In this document: one piece after another, positions 32,386-62,155 of the stretch
Position numbering within the stretch: the first letter of the stretch is position 1
How the letters are laid out: every line of letters starts with the position of its first letter
DNA from: Chrysomallon squamiferum
Taxonomy: Eukaryota > Animalia > Mollusca
Reading direction: 5' to 3'
NCBI GenBank assembly: GCA_012295275.1
Contig: CM022669.1
Location: 4,092,001 to 4,156,000 of the forward strand
Length of the DNA: 64,000 nt
The notes under the pieces: model-generated
What the model was told of the DNA's origin: nothing
Seen by the model: only the letters and a program-made list of their open reading frames with translations
The model's database searches: none
Position numbers and translations under genes: made by a program

Positions 32386-34204
32386 CACACGCACATATAT
32401 ACCTGCATGCATACATACATACACGCATACACACATACATACATATATACACATATACACATATTAAGAGCTGACAATACTTTGAAAATCTATAGGTGAA
32501 ATGTCAGAAATATATCTTGCAGAAATGACTAGGTTTCTGCAATATTTTTTTTTTTTTTAATTATTATTATTTTTTAATATCCATTCCTGAAGCTTTATAA
32601 ATGTATGCTAAATATATAATGATATTTCTTTTTTAATTATGAACAGTATTCCTCATATAAGTGTCAGTAATCTTCTTGATATTATTTAAAAGAAAAACCA
32701 TTCTGCTGATCGTGGAGTTGTCGTAGATTTTTTGAAAATGAAATCAAGGATACTGTCAATAATAAATATATTAAAAGCATTGACACTGAGTTCCTGATAA
32801 TATTAATCTCTTCCTTCAGCAGATAACACAGTCTGTCTGTCTGTCAGTTTCAATAATAAATATATCTTCGATAAATACAATGCCTTTTAGATTGGACATT
32901 GTAGAAATGTTAATATGTTATCTATGTTTTTATTATTTACTGTCCGAATATATTCCATGCTGTTATTTTAATAATTACGGACTAAACAAAATGCTTTATC
33001 AAAATATTGCATTATGATTGTGAATCATCGTTTGTCGTTTCAGTTTTTCACATTAATGGGCTAGCTGAAAATGATGATTGTTGGTAATTATGATGATGAT
33101 GATGACGGTAATAGATAAATAAATAAATATATAAATTTTAAAAATATATTTAAACTTCTCTTTAATCATATTTTACGTTTTAAGGACATCATAATACTTT
33201 TTTCTTAAAAAAAAAAAAAAAAAGATACTGTTGGCTTTCGCTAGTATTTACAGACATGTAAATTTAATTAACAAAAAAGCTGATTATGTATTTTAAAGGA
33301 ATGTGTTATATAAATCACTGAATCGTGACTGTTTTGATGAAAATATTCACGTGCTGAGCGTCATGTCGTTCGGCAGGAATTTTCCTATTTCGAGTTACCG
33401 AGTTAGACTTCATCACGGAACCTTTTGATCTTGTAAACACGTAACTCGAGCGGAAACGACTGGCTGATTCGAGAGACTGAAGAAAATACCTCGAATCAAA
33501 ACACGTCCATTTCTTAATTAGAACGGTTCTTAAGTGCAGACGCAGAGGTTTGAACCCGCAAAGTTGATTAACAACAACACAACGTAATATTATATTTCTT
33601 TTGTTGATACATTTACATTTTCGCAACAAACAGTAAAGAAGAGAAGGTGAAGCCAAATTAATGAGAAAGATTGCTGAATGTGATATCTAATATACCATTA
33701 AATCATAAGGACATCTGTTGATTTATTACATATCATGCATGGCATATGTTTTATTTTTGCTTCTTCTTCTTTTTTTTTTTTTTTTAAAAATAAATAAATA
33801 ACATTCTCTGCTTAATGCTCAAAGCTGGAACTATATTTTGTATATTAATATTTTATATAATGTATTGAACCCTCGAGTGATTTCTGAACTTCCATATTTA
33901 TTATCACCAACCTTCAGTTTAAACTATATCTACCTATCTGAATGTTTCTCTATCTTTTATTTTTCTATGTCTATATGTGTGTTTATGTGCGTGTGTGCAT
34001 ATAATATGTCTTTATGTATGAGTGTATGAAGGTTTGCATGTGTATGTTTGTGTATGTGAAAGTATATATCTATTATATACATGTATGTACGTACCGTACC
34101 TACATTGGTATGTGTTTACGTATATTTGTGAATGGACGTTCTAACTTACATCTCTGTATTTCTGTTGTATTTTCAGGTCTAATCTAACTGGACGGACTAT
34201 TACT

Positions 34205-47723
<13,519 letters not shown>

Positions 47724-48859
47724 ATATTCACCAAAAATATGTTTAATTTACTTCTTGTGTGGCTCCGTTTCTCAGTCTCTTCGTTATTCCTTTTTTTTTT
47801 TCTTTTTTTTTAAATTAGTAAACCGTGATATTTGTATGGACAAACAAACAATGATTTTTGTTAACCTATTTTCTTATTTCTTAGCTGACTTCGTAATTTT
47901 TTCACTTGTTATATCAAAATTATATTAATTCTGGTACATTCGGATTATTTTCTTCGTTCTGAATTTTAGAGCAGAATTCCAAATCTTCGATGTTTCAAAG
48001 TAGATAATATATTTCTGTGGAATACTTTGAAAATATTTTCTTGCATCATGTTGGTAATTTGTATTAAAAAACAAATAATATGAATATTGAAAAATAAAAG
48101 AAAAGAAGATATTTATAAAGACTGTAATGAAGAATTACTGTTGTCTTGCATAACATCTGTGTCACAAACAGTTACCTGTCTATAACGAATACTTATTTTT
48201 GATGCATAATTACACACTTAAAAAAGAAAGGAAATAGCGACACATATGTAAATCTTAATCACATTGTCTGCTCTGACGTCCGCAATAAGGCAGATTTTGA
48301 CAGTTACAAATTTAAACGCAGATGAGGTTAGCTGTGAAAGTTAGAGGAAAGACCCTGAAAGGCGATGTTTTCGCAAATTGTGGACAACATTTTAGAACAA
48401 ATGTATAAAGCACTTCATCAGTTGTTTTGAGTCTGCATGATAAAGAAAGTTTTGACAAGTTACATTCTTCAACACTGGCATTTACCGTAAAATGCTACGG
48501 TAAGGAAATGAAACTAAATGGTTAATAATTGTTATTATGACATCCAGCGTGTTGAAATTTAATACATGAAAATGTGAAACGTTATTAGTTTATCTATCAG
48601 AATGCAATATTGTTTCCCTCAATATATGTTAATATTTTAATGTACAGACAACTGAACGCGGTCATTTTATAAAAATGTAAATAGGATTGGCGGAATACAC
48701 AAACACCGCATGTTTCATTTAATATGGTATTCATTTTCACTTAGTTATAAATGTGAATATATGCGTATGTGTGTATGTGGAACTATGTCGGTATATATGA
48801 AAATAAAATTTTTCTACATAATCATGATGTATAAATTTAATATCTTTTTCTATTAGCAA

Positions 48860-49070
48860 ACTGGAACGGTGAAATGAAGGGTTAAAAATGAATCGAAAAA
48901 ATGAAAGTTTAAAAAATGAACTGAAAAATGAAAGGTTAAATATGAATTGGAAAATGAAATTAAGGGCTAAAAATGTATTGAAAAATGAAATGAAAGATAG
49001 AAAATGAACTGAAAAGTTAAAAACGAATTGAAAATGGAAAGAACAGCTGAAAATCAGTTGAAAAGAATTC
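48860..49070. repeat. Degenerate A-rich tandem repeat (AAAAATGAA core) downstream of the nAChR stop
   Basis: Recurrent GAAAAATGAAAGGTT / AAAAATGAACT units. Confidence 0.6.
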
Positions 49071-49217
49071 ACTGTTACAATTAGATGTTTTAAATATTTA
49101 ATATGACTTAGATTTCTTACGATTCTTTTATCATATCACTTCTGTACCATCTTCACCAAATGTAAATAAAAAAACTGAAATTTGATTTCTGAATTCATAT
49201 ATTCACTTACAGTGTAG

Positions 49218-49280
<63 letters not shown>

Positions 49281-50234
49281 TTCGTTCTATTTTGTCTGTT
49301 TCATTTCAGCGTCACAATATTTAGTATTAGAAGCGGACACGTATATGAACATTTTAATTAATGAACATTTTCAAAACATCGTTTGAAACCGTTATTAATT
49401 GTTCGATAAAAATTAATTTGGTTTAGTGTGAAACACAAACTGATCAGTTGAGAAGTCTTATTTCCTGTTCCACCAAGTGCTTCATGAGATGTCATCAAAA
49501 GTGGGCGAGAAACCGGCGAATATCTTCTAAAGACAATATGTCACAAGTGCCAAATGTTTGACATACAGCAGCTGAGGACAGAAAATTAATCAAGTTATAA
49601 AAAATGTATATATATATCATATTGCTCAGTTGCAGTTCATTAAAAGACTCAGATTTCTGACTAATATACTCATAAATAACGAAGTAAATTTACATTCTGC
49701 GACAATACACAACGTAGGCGGTGGCTCCAGGCAGAATCATGTGAGTGATGTAAGACATTCTAAAACAAAAAACAACAAAAATAATCAATGAAACAAAATT
49801 AGAAGGTATTCAGTAGTAAGGTGAAAAGAAAAGAAAAATGCTGAAACAAACGAGCAAAATACTGAAAAACTCGTACAAAATCATTCACAGTGATTTGTAC
49901 ATACTGCATTTAAAATCGTAAAAATTCATATATTAACAGTCGTAAAAATTCATATATTAACAAAGTTATATTGTTCTGAGAAAAGATGGTAAAAAGTCGA
50001 AATAACGCTTGTAAAGGTAAATGAAGATTTTATTACAAAGCAAACTGAAAATAAAAATAATAATGAGAACTTCACTTTAGTTAAAACAAACAGGGAAATA
50101 TGTGAAAACTAAACACTATACCTAGAATTAATTTTAACTATATTAGTCATAAAACAATACATAAAGCGTACGCGCAGTTATCATATACAAATGAACAGCC
50201 CGTAAAATATATATATTATATACACATACACACA

Positions 50235-50266
<32 letters not shown>

Positions 50267-50796
50267 AAACACATTACATTCATAATTTCCTATAATTACA
50301 TGCAAAAAAAAAACAAAAACAAAAAAACATTCAATTAAGTAAATTTTGGATTGATGGTTAAATGTGTCTCTGGCGTATCAATAAGGTACAAAATAAAATT
50401 ATTTATCTCAGGCTTTCACAGACATAAAAACTGTTCCTTTGTACGCCTGTGTTTATCAGTTACCGAACGTTCAACGAGAAATATTATTATCGATGTCTTA
50501 ATCTCAAATCCCATATCATAACATAACTAATATTGTTGTACTTGCTTATATGAAACAATGGTGGACGTTTTCTGATATCCGTGTCCAGAGGAATATTTTC
50601 AGTCATTTAACACATGTATTTCATAACCTCTTTGCATTATTTTTTTATATATATACAGTATCATAGCTAAATATGCTGCAGCTGTTATTGTCAACAGGGG
50701 CGAATACAGGATGTCAAACAAACCGCTTGAACTGTGGATTATTAATGCCCAGGTACACAAGGATAACATTTTCAATACAGGCCGCAGTTGGATGAG

Positions 50797-50829
<33 letters not shown>

Positions 50830-51639
50830 AACAAAAGACATATAAACGTATAAGAAAGTATTTATTTTATTTTATTTTATTTTATTTATTTATTTATTTT
50901 TTTAAATGTATCAGTGGACTTATAAATGAATAATCTAATTAAATTCTCTATAATGTCGGGGGGGGGGTGTTTGTTTTTTTTCTCATTATTTTGGGCGTCA
51001 TTAATATTTATGTTAATATTACGAAACACTGCAAAGCCTCCATTTTGTCAACGTGTTAGTCGATTTCGCCATGACGTCACGAATTTTGCTGTATTAATTA
51101 AGACCGGACACGAGAGAGAGAGAGAGAGAGAGAGTAAAACTTGAAAATACGCACAATGTATTAGTCCTTCTTCGCATAGCAAAAGGAATATTTTACCCAA
51201 AATAATAAATAAATAAAAATGCCACTAATTACAAGAGGCGAGATCAGCGGGGATAGCCACTCCCATTTCACTGGGTTATGGTATATCGGAGACAGCGTTA
51301 AATTACAAAATACAAAACAAGAACCATGTTAACTACGCAGTACACTTGAAAACTCCTATGAAAGACGGAATTAATTCGCTTTAAGGTTAAACATGATGGC
51401 GCAGACACAGTGGACTAATTAAAGTTCTCTTTACACATAAAATCAATAGCGAATGTAGTTCTTCATTTTTATTTTATTTTTTTTTTTTCTTGTTCGAATC
51501 TTATACTAATCACTGGTGTAGAAAATTAAAGAATTATCTAGAAATGTCCTTGTTTCCGGATTTTTTATTTTTTAAATTTTTTTAAATTCTGTTATAATGA
51601 TGATGATGATAATTAATTAATTAATTAATTAATTAATGC

Positions 51640-51671
51640 ATACTATATATTTATATACTTACATATTTGCA

Positions 51672-51717
<46 letters not shown>

Positions 51718-51753
51718 TACATATAAACACATGCACATTATATATACGTACAT

Positions 51754-51803
<50 letters not shown>

Positions 51804-52090
51804 GTGCATCAATGTATGTATGCAACCACATACGCACATACACGTGTACGTTCATAAATACATATATAAATACACACATGTGCAAACATACATAATTACA
51901 CACATATACAAACATACATATGCATACATACATACATACATACGTACATATATATATGCATACACAGGTACATGCATACGTACATACATAAATACATACA
52001 TACACATATACATACATACATACATACATACATACATACATACATAAATATATACATACACATATATACATATACGCTAACATACAAATG
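51640..52090. repeat. (TA)n/(CATA)n low-complexity tract between the two genes
   Basis: Direct reading. Confidence 0.9.
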
Positions 52091-52292
52091 CAAACAGTAA
52101 ATAATGAATATCTAGAACAGCTATACAAGGATTTCAGTAACATATTAAGGTGCCGAATCATCAAAAATATATTAACATTTATTTCACATTTGTGCTGTTT
52201 GACCTACAAAACACAAAACACATTACTACATTTACTATTATCAGGACATTATGGTTTAAAAGAACGTTTGAACTTTGTTATTTTTTCTTGAC

Positions 52293-52329
<37 letters not shown>

Positions 52330-55249
52330 GCTATTAATAATATATATATTTTTTGTTTGTGTGTTTTGTTTCATTCCTTAGAACTTGTTCTGCTTTGTTT
52401 TCTTTCTTTTTTTTCCCCTTCTATTTTCATATTAATTTATTCTTTCAAAATTAATATACTTCCAATATTAATAATCCTACGCAGAGCTTGACCAATTACT
52501 AACCGACTATGCAGAGCTTGTCAGAATATAAATACAATTTTTTGTTTTAAAAACCCAGAACGTGTGTTTATGTTTTGCACGGAAACACCTACATGTACAG
52601 CGCTCACGAAACAATGGAGTTATTGTGGTAATGACAGACGTGCTGGCTTGTCGTTTCGCAGAGTTAGGATATAAAGTGGTCGTTTCCTGCCTGGTTTGCA
52701 ACAACAAGGTCGACAGATATTTTCGGTTTGTTAAAACCGTCGTAAAAGGATATGGCGTTGTTTGGATACCTTGGACAACATCGTGCTGTGGCGTTCGGCA
52801 ATAGCGAAACACCGAAAAGAATGTTTTACGCCTGAATATAGCCTTTCCTGTGAGTATGTTTATTTAGTGTGTTCTTTTCAGACGTTGCGTACAATACTCT
52901 CTCTGTATGGATACTTTCAAAAGAAATAAAGTGCTTGTTGTGCAGGCAACGTTTTATTACTTTCGAATTTATGGCCGTTTTATAGCGAAGAAGAAAACGA
53001 GTAATGCATTTGAAATGTTAATACGACTGATTCAAAGTAAATACTGTAAGCGCGGCCTGTGACAGTGAGGGTTATTAGAAATCTAAAATTAGTTTATAAA
53101 CCTGAAGAAATCTGCGTAATGCATGTCAGCAGAAAATTAAATGTGGAAGATTTCTGAAATCTGTCAGTAGATTTTTGTTGTAATGGATGTACCTCGACTG
53201 CGCAGAAGAGTGAGTATTTGTTTGTTATCATTGTGGTATTATTGTAACAGAGAAACACGAGTAGTTACAGCACTAAAGGAGAAGGTTAAGTAGTAGCTAT
53301 AAAATAGCGATGAAATGAGTACATAGGCATGTATGTAAATAGCACGTAACTGGGACGCTCTCTCTGTATCGTCATAAGGTCGTTAATATATTACGTTGAT
53401 AGTTCTTGTGTGTTGTTGTTGTCACATTAATCACCAGTCTACGCAACAAGTGATGTAAATGAACTGGTGTTATATTATGTGCACCGTAATAACCTGAATA
53501 CGGTAATAACAGGACAGATAAAAAGTTAGCTGTCCTGTTAACAACATATACTTAAGTTCGTAACTTCCGCCAGGATATAGACAGGGAACTGAATACTTCC
53601 AAACAGTCATAAAAAGACTAAGTGACTTACATAAATATCTAAGATGCGCACATACACATACTGATACGTATACGTACATACATTCGTGCATACATATATA
53701 GATACATACATCAAACGTACATAAGACTACATTGATACATAAATACATATATACACACTTACATTCATAAATACAGACACATACATACACACGCACATTC
53801 ACAAATACACACAATACATACACACGCACATACACAAATGTATGCATGTGTGAATATGGACACACTAATGCATATCTAAGACAAGAGCATTACTTTATAA
53901 TAACAGCATTTAACAGCATAGTAGTTTGTAGTACCAACGGCACCATAGTTTTTAGAAGATAAATAATAATATTTACAATCTTCAAAATAAATAAATAAAT
54001 AAATAAATAGTTTCATACATTCGTATCTAAATGTTGGTTATAAATTAACACTGACCAATGCATCCATTGCTGCTTGGTGTTGATAAATGTTTATCTGAAA
54101 GGAACTGGCTACTACAGAAACGGATGTCGTCACTACAGTTTCACAATTAAGATAGAAAACTTGATCATAAATATACGCTACCAGTTGGGAACAATAGATT
54201 ATAATTTCTAGCCGAAATAAAATGTATGCGTTTATGTGTTAATTAATACTGAAGTATGAACTAATTACCTCACTGAATTAGTGGGACATCCAATTCATTG
54301 TCACATACAACTCGAGTTCAACATTACATCCATAGCTCCTTTCAATCGTGTGCAAAATAAATAATAAAACGAAAAAGATTTGGAATTAGCGTAGTAACAT
54401 TGACGTCATAATAGCGTCAATTTACCTGCAAAACAATCTTTATACGCAGCAAAAATAAGAGCAAAACGTTATTTTTTATTAACAATATATTAAAAGCTAC
54501 TACATCATTTTTTTTTTTTTTCTTTACCCTTCCATTTCACACCTTCTTGCAGTCATTGTACAAACGATTTAAGGTGTTTCTATCTAAGGGAGACAATCCA
54601 ATAACAAATGCATGCATTTTATATAAGAGTTGTTTTTCTTAACGTTCAGGAAAAGTTGTGTCAAGATTAAGAACATTGTTAACAATAGTAATCCAAATTA
54701 GATCTACTTAATGACTGCTTCATTTTTAATTATATTATTAATGTATCTTCGCATACTGTTTGTGTAAATGTGCGTAATTGGATTCGGGTTTTGTGTCTAC
54801 ATACATACACACAAAGACAACTTCAGTATAATCAGAGACATATGTTACTATGTAATATACTTTCCGATTACTTTATCTGCATGTTTGGTGTGTTTGATTT
54901 ACTGAAAGGAAGAAAAGCAGACTGATCTAAACTTGAATAAATCTTCATTAAATTAAATTAATAAATAATATTCCATTATATATATATATATATATAGTTA
55001 TATGTTATATGCATGTGTATATATACGTGCGTGCGTTTGTATGTAAGGCACACTACTGGATGAATGTATAAATTTAACTGTATAAAATAGTATTATTACT
55101 ATCATCATCATCATGAGTAATTAAGCTTCGTCTGATTATGATGGTTTTTACATACCAAAAATAGAAATATGAATTATTTTGAAATAAATGGTGCAAACTG
55201 CAAGCCCTTCATCGGAACTATAAATGGTCTCTTCCATTTTCGTAAACAA

Positions 55250-55756
55250 TACCATGTGGACGGAAATACTTTTAGCCAATAGAAAAATAGAAGTCCAATG
55301 GGCCCGTATCACTCCATTGTTTTCACCAATGAACAAGAAGCATTGTATTCAGCCCGACAACAAGGAAGAAAAATGTAAAAACATGGACCGTTCGAAGTTG
55401 CCTTTAGCATTATTTAAGAAGAGAATCACGTCCCAGCTGACTGCAGCTAACAGGGCGATTGTAAGTAAACAAAATCACGTAGCCAACCGCTATTTTGAGT
55501 TTTCTGCTTCCAGTCAAGGAAAGGGGCGTTGCGCCAAACAAACGTTTAGGTCATTCTGTTACCTTTTGTCGAATCTAATCAAAGTGATGGAGTGATGTTA
55601 CTAATAATTTAGGTCTTTCGTATCAAATAACAGTAGTTAGGCCGTTGTTTCAGAGTACTGCATATTCGTGTGCGGTATGCTGGCGGACTTTGTGCACGTG
55701 CACGTTTTCGACTGCAATGAATCGACATTGTTGTGAATTTCACAACTTAACGAGCT
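55250..55756 (+). promoter_or_regulatory. Candidate promoter / 5'UTR of the second gene
   Basis: Three CCAAT motifs at about 55275, 55295 and 55326, with CpG-rich sequence directly before the ATG and CpG depletion after it. Confidence 0.35.
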
Positions 55757-55990
55757 ATGGGAGCTTATCAGTCATACTACCCCCACAGGGGCAGGGAACA
55801 CGTCTACAAACAGAAGAGTGTCCCGTTCTACAGGGAGGAGTTCTCACCCCTTCGACTGCCACTGAGGTCATGCAGATCTCTGTCAGATGAACCAGAGAAA
55901 CGGCCACTGAATACAAATGGTCCAGTTGTTGTACCACGGGACGATATTCATACTGCATACTCGTATGCGTACAGGAGAAAATTAGTGCAG
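55757..55990 (+). CDS. First coding exon of a second gene (MGAYQSY...RRKLVQ); possibly an N-myristoylated signalling adaptor
   Basis: Non-repetitive GC-richer ORF with an MGxxxS motif; phase-0 donor CAG|gtatc; upstream CpG-rich region with CCAAT boxes. Confidence 0.65.
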
Positions 55991-58466
55991 GTATCAGTTC
56001 TTTAATGCTGTGTTCATGCACTTTGTCTTATACTCTACAGGTGTTGTTTATAACTATCACCTATTTCCGCTGTCCTGAATAATCACAAAATTTATCAGGA
56101 ATTGTTAATCTTAATAACATATTTATCAAAACTTTATATAGATTTGCATGATCCAGTCAGTTACTAGACACATCTTGTTTTCTGAGCATGAACAAAATGT
56201 AACTGCCCAGTTTATAATGTACTTACTTTTATTTGTTAATTTGTTTTTTTTCACTGCAAGAAAACTTGTTTGACACCATATTTTCATTCAGCCTAGCATG
56301 AATTAAAATTTGTTCTGCTCTGTCTTTTATTTTTGAATAACTCAGTAACCTAGTCCATAGTATCCTCAAACAGAAAACAGTTCAGAAGGACTGCATAATT
56401 ATATCCATACAAAAAGTCCATCTCAGCTGTTTCTCACAAAGGATTCTTCATCTACACTATGCCTGCATGTATTCCTGGTGATGGCTAGATAGATTATTCT
56501 CAATTTATTTGAGTTTTGAAATATAATAATGGTATCATTGCATGAACATAAATGTTTGGATGTTGGTACTAAATTATAGTTAATGCCTCATATATATAAA
56601 TATTGATCTGATCCATTTCAGTTCCAGTAATGGCAAAAACACTTTTTGGTTGATGTATGATCAGTTACAGCATATTACTGATGTACACAAATACACACAA
56701 ATGCACAAACACAGACAATATATAAAGATATATAATACACATACACATGGATCTGTACACAGAAACACACATTCATTATCTTGTGAACTATGAATTTGTT
56801 ATAATTTAATTTCAATTTTGAGAATTCCAAATTTTTGTAATTATTTATCAATTAATGGGATTCTGTATAAAGCTGACACCAGCAGATTGAAACTGGTCTG
56901 TTTGCTGTTCACACCAATTTTTTGTGTTGCCAAGTCTGCTTTTGTTTTCATTATCTCTCTCCACCATTTAAAAACAAAACAAAATTTTATTTATTTTTTG
57001 GTCTTTCTTCTTTTCAACTCTAGACATTGATAATAGGTCATTACTCTTTATAAAAGATACATTAAAAGAAAATACATGTCCTGTCCCCATCATGTATCTA
57101 GACTCTTTTAATAATACATTTTAAGCTTTTATAATGTGCATGCTAATATTATATTTTTTAAATGTATGACAGGTGAACTTGTGTTGTGTATTACAAATAG
57201 TTACCAGGTAACAGTTTATCTGGGAAACAGTCTTTAGCCCAGTTGTTACAGCTTCAGACAGTGGCATGAAAGACAAAGATCTTCAGCTTAGAACTATGCT
57301 TTTTTATCAAGTTCCAACCAGTGCTCTGTGACTGGTAAATGTTCTTACTGTATGTGGGAAAGTGCATAAAAAATATTCCTTGCTGTTGATTCACTAGAGT
57401 AAACTGACAGTTGTTTCTTTTTTCCTTATTTTGATATTACTGAATTATTATAAGAAATCTAATCTGACAATGACAACTAATATTCAGTAATATTAAAATA
57501 CATTGAGTTGTTTTAACTGTCTGTATAACCATTTAAGAATCTTGTAGGGGAAAAGAAGGTATGTGTGTAATGAGCACTAAATAGTGACCTAATAAAATTA
57601 ATTGTTTAATAAATACTTAATAAGGAAGAAGCTAACATTATCACAATTTTATTTCATAAATGACTAACATTTAATATACCAGTGAGGCTTGCTTAATAGT
57701 ATTGATATACTCTACAACATCATGTGCTAATTATTATTGTTAATTTTAAACTTGAGTCAGGAAATGAGCATAGCTGGATTTGATTTGCTTCAGGGCTTCC
57801 ACTGTTTTAGACTGTGTTTTCATGTTGTGAAGATAGCATCTAGTACAGTACTGCTGTGTCATAACAGTGACAGTCACACCCTGAGATCAGGTTTATTTAA
57901 AACTTAAGTGATTAAGCATTGTTTTGATGCATGTATTTTAGATCTAAACCTTGAAACTTGTATTCTCCTACACAATAAATAATTAGTATTTTGCAGTTTT
58001 ATATAAACAGTTTTAAAAAATATTGATTTTCCTTCTTCTCTTTCTTTTGTTTTTTCTTTCATTCTTTTTTTTTTTTTTTTTTTTTATATCAATATTGTTT
58101 TAACTGAATGGTATTTCAGGCTGTATGGTATATGAATGTGACAGTTTCTTTATTATGAAGTACCTGTTTTGTATATTTATATATGTCATTAACTCCTTGA
58201 CTTGAACTGTCAGAAATCTGAATACTAATTATAGTAGACAATATAGTATGTATCACAGGTTCTGATACAATCATAGCTACAGGGAAAGATAATGTCATAA
58301 TTGATGGATCAGTAATTACAATATAAAGGGTTAAACGTTCATTTTGTTACTGACCAAAAAAAGCAGCAAGAACATAATTTATAAATGTGCATCATTAAAG
58401 AAATGCCATTAGCTGTTCCTTAACACCATATAATATATATATCTTATTTTTATGATTTTATATGAT

Positions 58467-58498
<32 letters not shown>

Positions 58499-58515
58499 AC
58501 TCACCTATAATAATG

Positions 58516-58546
<31 letters not shown>

Positions 58547-61500
58547 AGTTACCCATATTACATATATCTTGGCATGTAATACATCACCTAAAACAGTTTA
58601 CAGATCATGACTGCTTATAGTTGTTAGCAGGATATCTCATTTAATGAAATCATTTTCTTGTACAGTGGTATTCTGCAGAAATTAAATTTGTCATTGAAAT
58701 TGTTTTAATTTATCTCATAGATATTCATTACCTGATTTTTGTTGTTGTTGTTGTGGACTGCAGTAAGATTTTGGTATTGGATTTCAGAAAGAAAGTCATA
58801 TCCCAAGCTGAATAATGAAAGTATTCATGCACAATTATTTTCTATCAGCAGTATATTATTGCCAGTTTCCATGTCTCATTAGTTTTGTTGTCTTTTTCTT
58901 CTTCTTTATTGCTTTACTTTTTTCTTTTCTGCTGGTAAAATGTCCTGGTAATAGGTTCAGTCAAGATTATGTAGATACATTATCAGAGAATCGGATCAAA
59001 GCTGAAAAAAAAAAAACATTTTGAATCAATCCCCCTTCATCTGAATTAAGAGATAACTGTTACATCTAGTTCGTTTATATCATAAATTAAGTTACAAATA
59101 ATATTTAGAGGATCAGTCAACAAACATAATGTTTATGGTATAATAAACATCTTGTTAGAAGCAGATGTCTTGCCTATTTCCCTTTCCACTGCCTTCATGG
59201 TTATAACAGGTGTTTGTTTCATTATCATCTCATAAATTATCTCTTCATGATTTCACTGACACAAGGTCCAGTTTTACATGCAGTCAGGATTAGGTACTTA
59301 CATCACAAGAGGGTCCAATCCAGTCTTTGTCAAATCAGACATCTTCATTTCCTGCCCTTTCCTTTTTACTGCTGCAGTTTCCCTTATCCATTAGATGAAT
59401 TTTAGTCTTCATACTTTTCTCTGGAGCAATATTAAGAAGGTAGATAAAGTAAAGATTGTACTTGTTAAATTTTGTATCCAGTCTGAAAAGAAGCAGACAT
59501 CTTGAAAACATAATCATGCAGATGTCTTCTGATTCTGATTAATTACATTAATCCAGGCACTGATTATCTGTACATGTTAGTCACCTGTTTAGTACACATC
59601 TTCAACATTAAACCAACCTGAACAAATGTTACTGGAATGGAAAATCAACAACTATCTGAATTATATATCAAAATCTAAATAGGTGTTCATATTGTAAATT
59701 CTACCTTTCTTTTCTGTTTTTTTCTTAATTACTTTATTTATTTACTTATTTTTCTTACTAGGAGTAAATAAAATTCAATTAATATCCAGCATGCTATAAC
59801 TGACAGAATGATTTATTTGTGTATGCTAATGTGTGCTACATCTATGTTATATTTATGTTTTCCACTCATCAAAATATTCAATCAAAGGTTTGAAATGATT
59901 CATCTCAGGTTGAATGATGACTTATGGTCTGCCTGTGTTACTGTATAAGATTGATGGTTGTCAAGTCACTCCCTTGAGTCTAATTTAGACAGCCATTTTC
60001 TTGATATCTGGATACATGTCTACTTGGGTTTGAGAAGGTACAGATTAAGGTATAAATGATCTTGTGGTTGTCTCGTATTTTTACCTATCTGATGTCTACT
60101 TTGTCATTGTCTGTAATGGTTTTACACAAGAAGAAATGATTGTGCTTAAACAGGTGTTGTTTCTTTTATTGTGTTTTGTGATTAATCTGTTGAACAGAAA
60201 TAATCCTAGCCTATACATTTGAAAGTGTCTTTGTTTCAAGTTATTGAAAAGGTAAGTAAAATGTGATTATAATGGAGTTAATGTTGTTTTATATATATAT
60301 AAATAGGCAAATTTAACTTTATTCCAAAAAAAGCTTATTATATTTTATCACAGATCAGAAGAATGGAATTAATCTTATAATATACTTTTAAGTTCACTCA
60401 TTTCATAATTTCTAAAGTTTATTAATGTATCAGTATTGGCTTTAAAATGTTTTTTTGTTTTTTTGGGGGTGGTTAATTGTGGTCATTTTTGTTGTTTTGT
60501 CACAAGAAGTAGTGATACTGTTTAAAAATACGAATTTTATTAAATTTTAATTAACATACTTGTTTGTACTTTTTTTGTTTTTGTTTTTTTATCATATTTC
60601 ATCTTATGTGCCTTTCATGTTATTGAAAAGTTGAAAAATAAGTAAAACTGTTTTGTCTTTAAACTTTAATGCTTTTACAGAGAAAGAAAAAAAATGTTTT
60701 AAAATAATTACTATATTAAAATTTAATTATATTTTTGACATGTGAGTATCCCATTCATTAAACCTGTCAAATTCGTTAATGTTTTTGTTTCAAATTTTGA
60801 AATGATAAATAATAAAATATTATCTTAAATCTTTCTTTTTCTTTTTTATTGTGTTAAAGAAATGGTAATATATAAATTACATAGATTTATTAACATTTAA
60901 TTAGGATTAGTCTTGCATTCTGCCAAAAGAAATGTTTCATGTTTTAAAACTTCATAATATTATATATCTGTATTTGATAAACTCTTTATGCAAGAAGTTA
61001 CAATTAAGTTTAAAATGTACATGTTACAAACAGACTCATGTTCACATTTTCAAGTATATTTGTTTCCAGATATTTAACGTTTGAAGTACATATCTTATTA
61101 ACATATATTTGTGTTTTTTCATCATATGATTCATGTTATTAATCCAATCATGTGCTTTAACGTATTTGCTTCAGGATATGAACATCTGTGACACACATAC
61201 ATTAAAATTATAAGATCTATATCTAAAAGAATAATGTGATAAAATATAAACATATGCATATTCTTCTAAATAATATTTAGATTATTTCAAGCTATAAAGA
61301 CAGGGTATTTATATTACATATTTGTCATTTGTCAGGTCTGCATTCTAATCAGCTCTCAAATATAACAAATTTAACTTGTGATAAAAATAAATAGGGGTAA
61401 CATTGACATCAGTTTCATTATGACTTGAAAACACAAGTACTACTTCCTTATTTGTTCAATTACATTATAACTGTTGCCATAGCAATGATCTTCCTTGTTC

Positions 61501-61947
61501 TCAGTTTAACCCATTTAGTGTATTTTTAATTTTAATTTTTACAATATTTTGGTTTTTAGAAGGGTGTGTGGGTTTTGCATATTACAGTTAATATGTTTGA
61601 CATTTTTTAAATTATTATTATTGTTACTGCTGTTTCCTTATAAACTTTTTATTTATTTGATTTCAGGAGAGGAATATATTTTTAAAATTTGTATTTCCAA
61701 ATTTATTTTAATAATTTTTTTTCATACATGGTAGTTGACAAAATTAACATATATCCAGTTTGCCTATCATTTCTTTTTCTTTTTTCTTTTTTTTACCTTT
61801 TTTTAAAAAGTTAAAAATATATTATTAGTCAATATTTTTACCATTATATTTTTCTTCCTTGTTGTCTTCATATTTTTTTCCTTCTTATTGCTGTTATTAT
61901 TTATTTATTTATTTTTATTATTATATATTATTTTTATTGTTATTGCC

Positions 61948-62002
<55 letters not shown>

Positions 62003-62111
62003 GTGATCATTTTAATAAATCATCTGAGTACACTATCTTGTATCTATTACCTGACAGTGTTGTATCAGACACCTTTTTTTATTTATCAATTTCTATTATT
62101 TTTTAGTTTTA

Positions 62112-62155
<44 letters not shown>

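Noticed and set aside
55224-55595. 123-aa ORF upstream of the second gene
   Set aside because: No recognisable domain or splice support; it overlaps the CCAAT-containing promoter-like region
58494-58552. GTAACTCAC/GTGAGTTAC inverted repeat
   Set aside because: Short and embedded in (TA)n; probably a template-switch by-product
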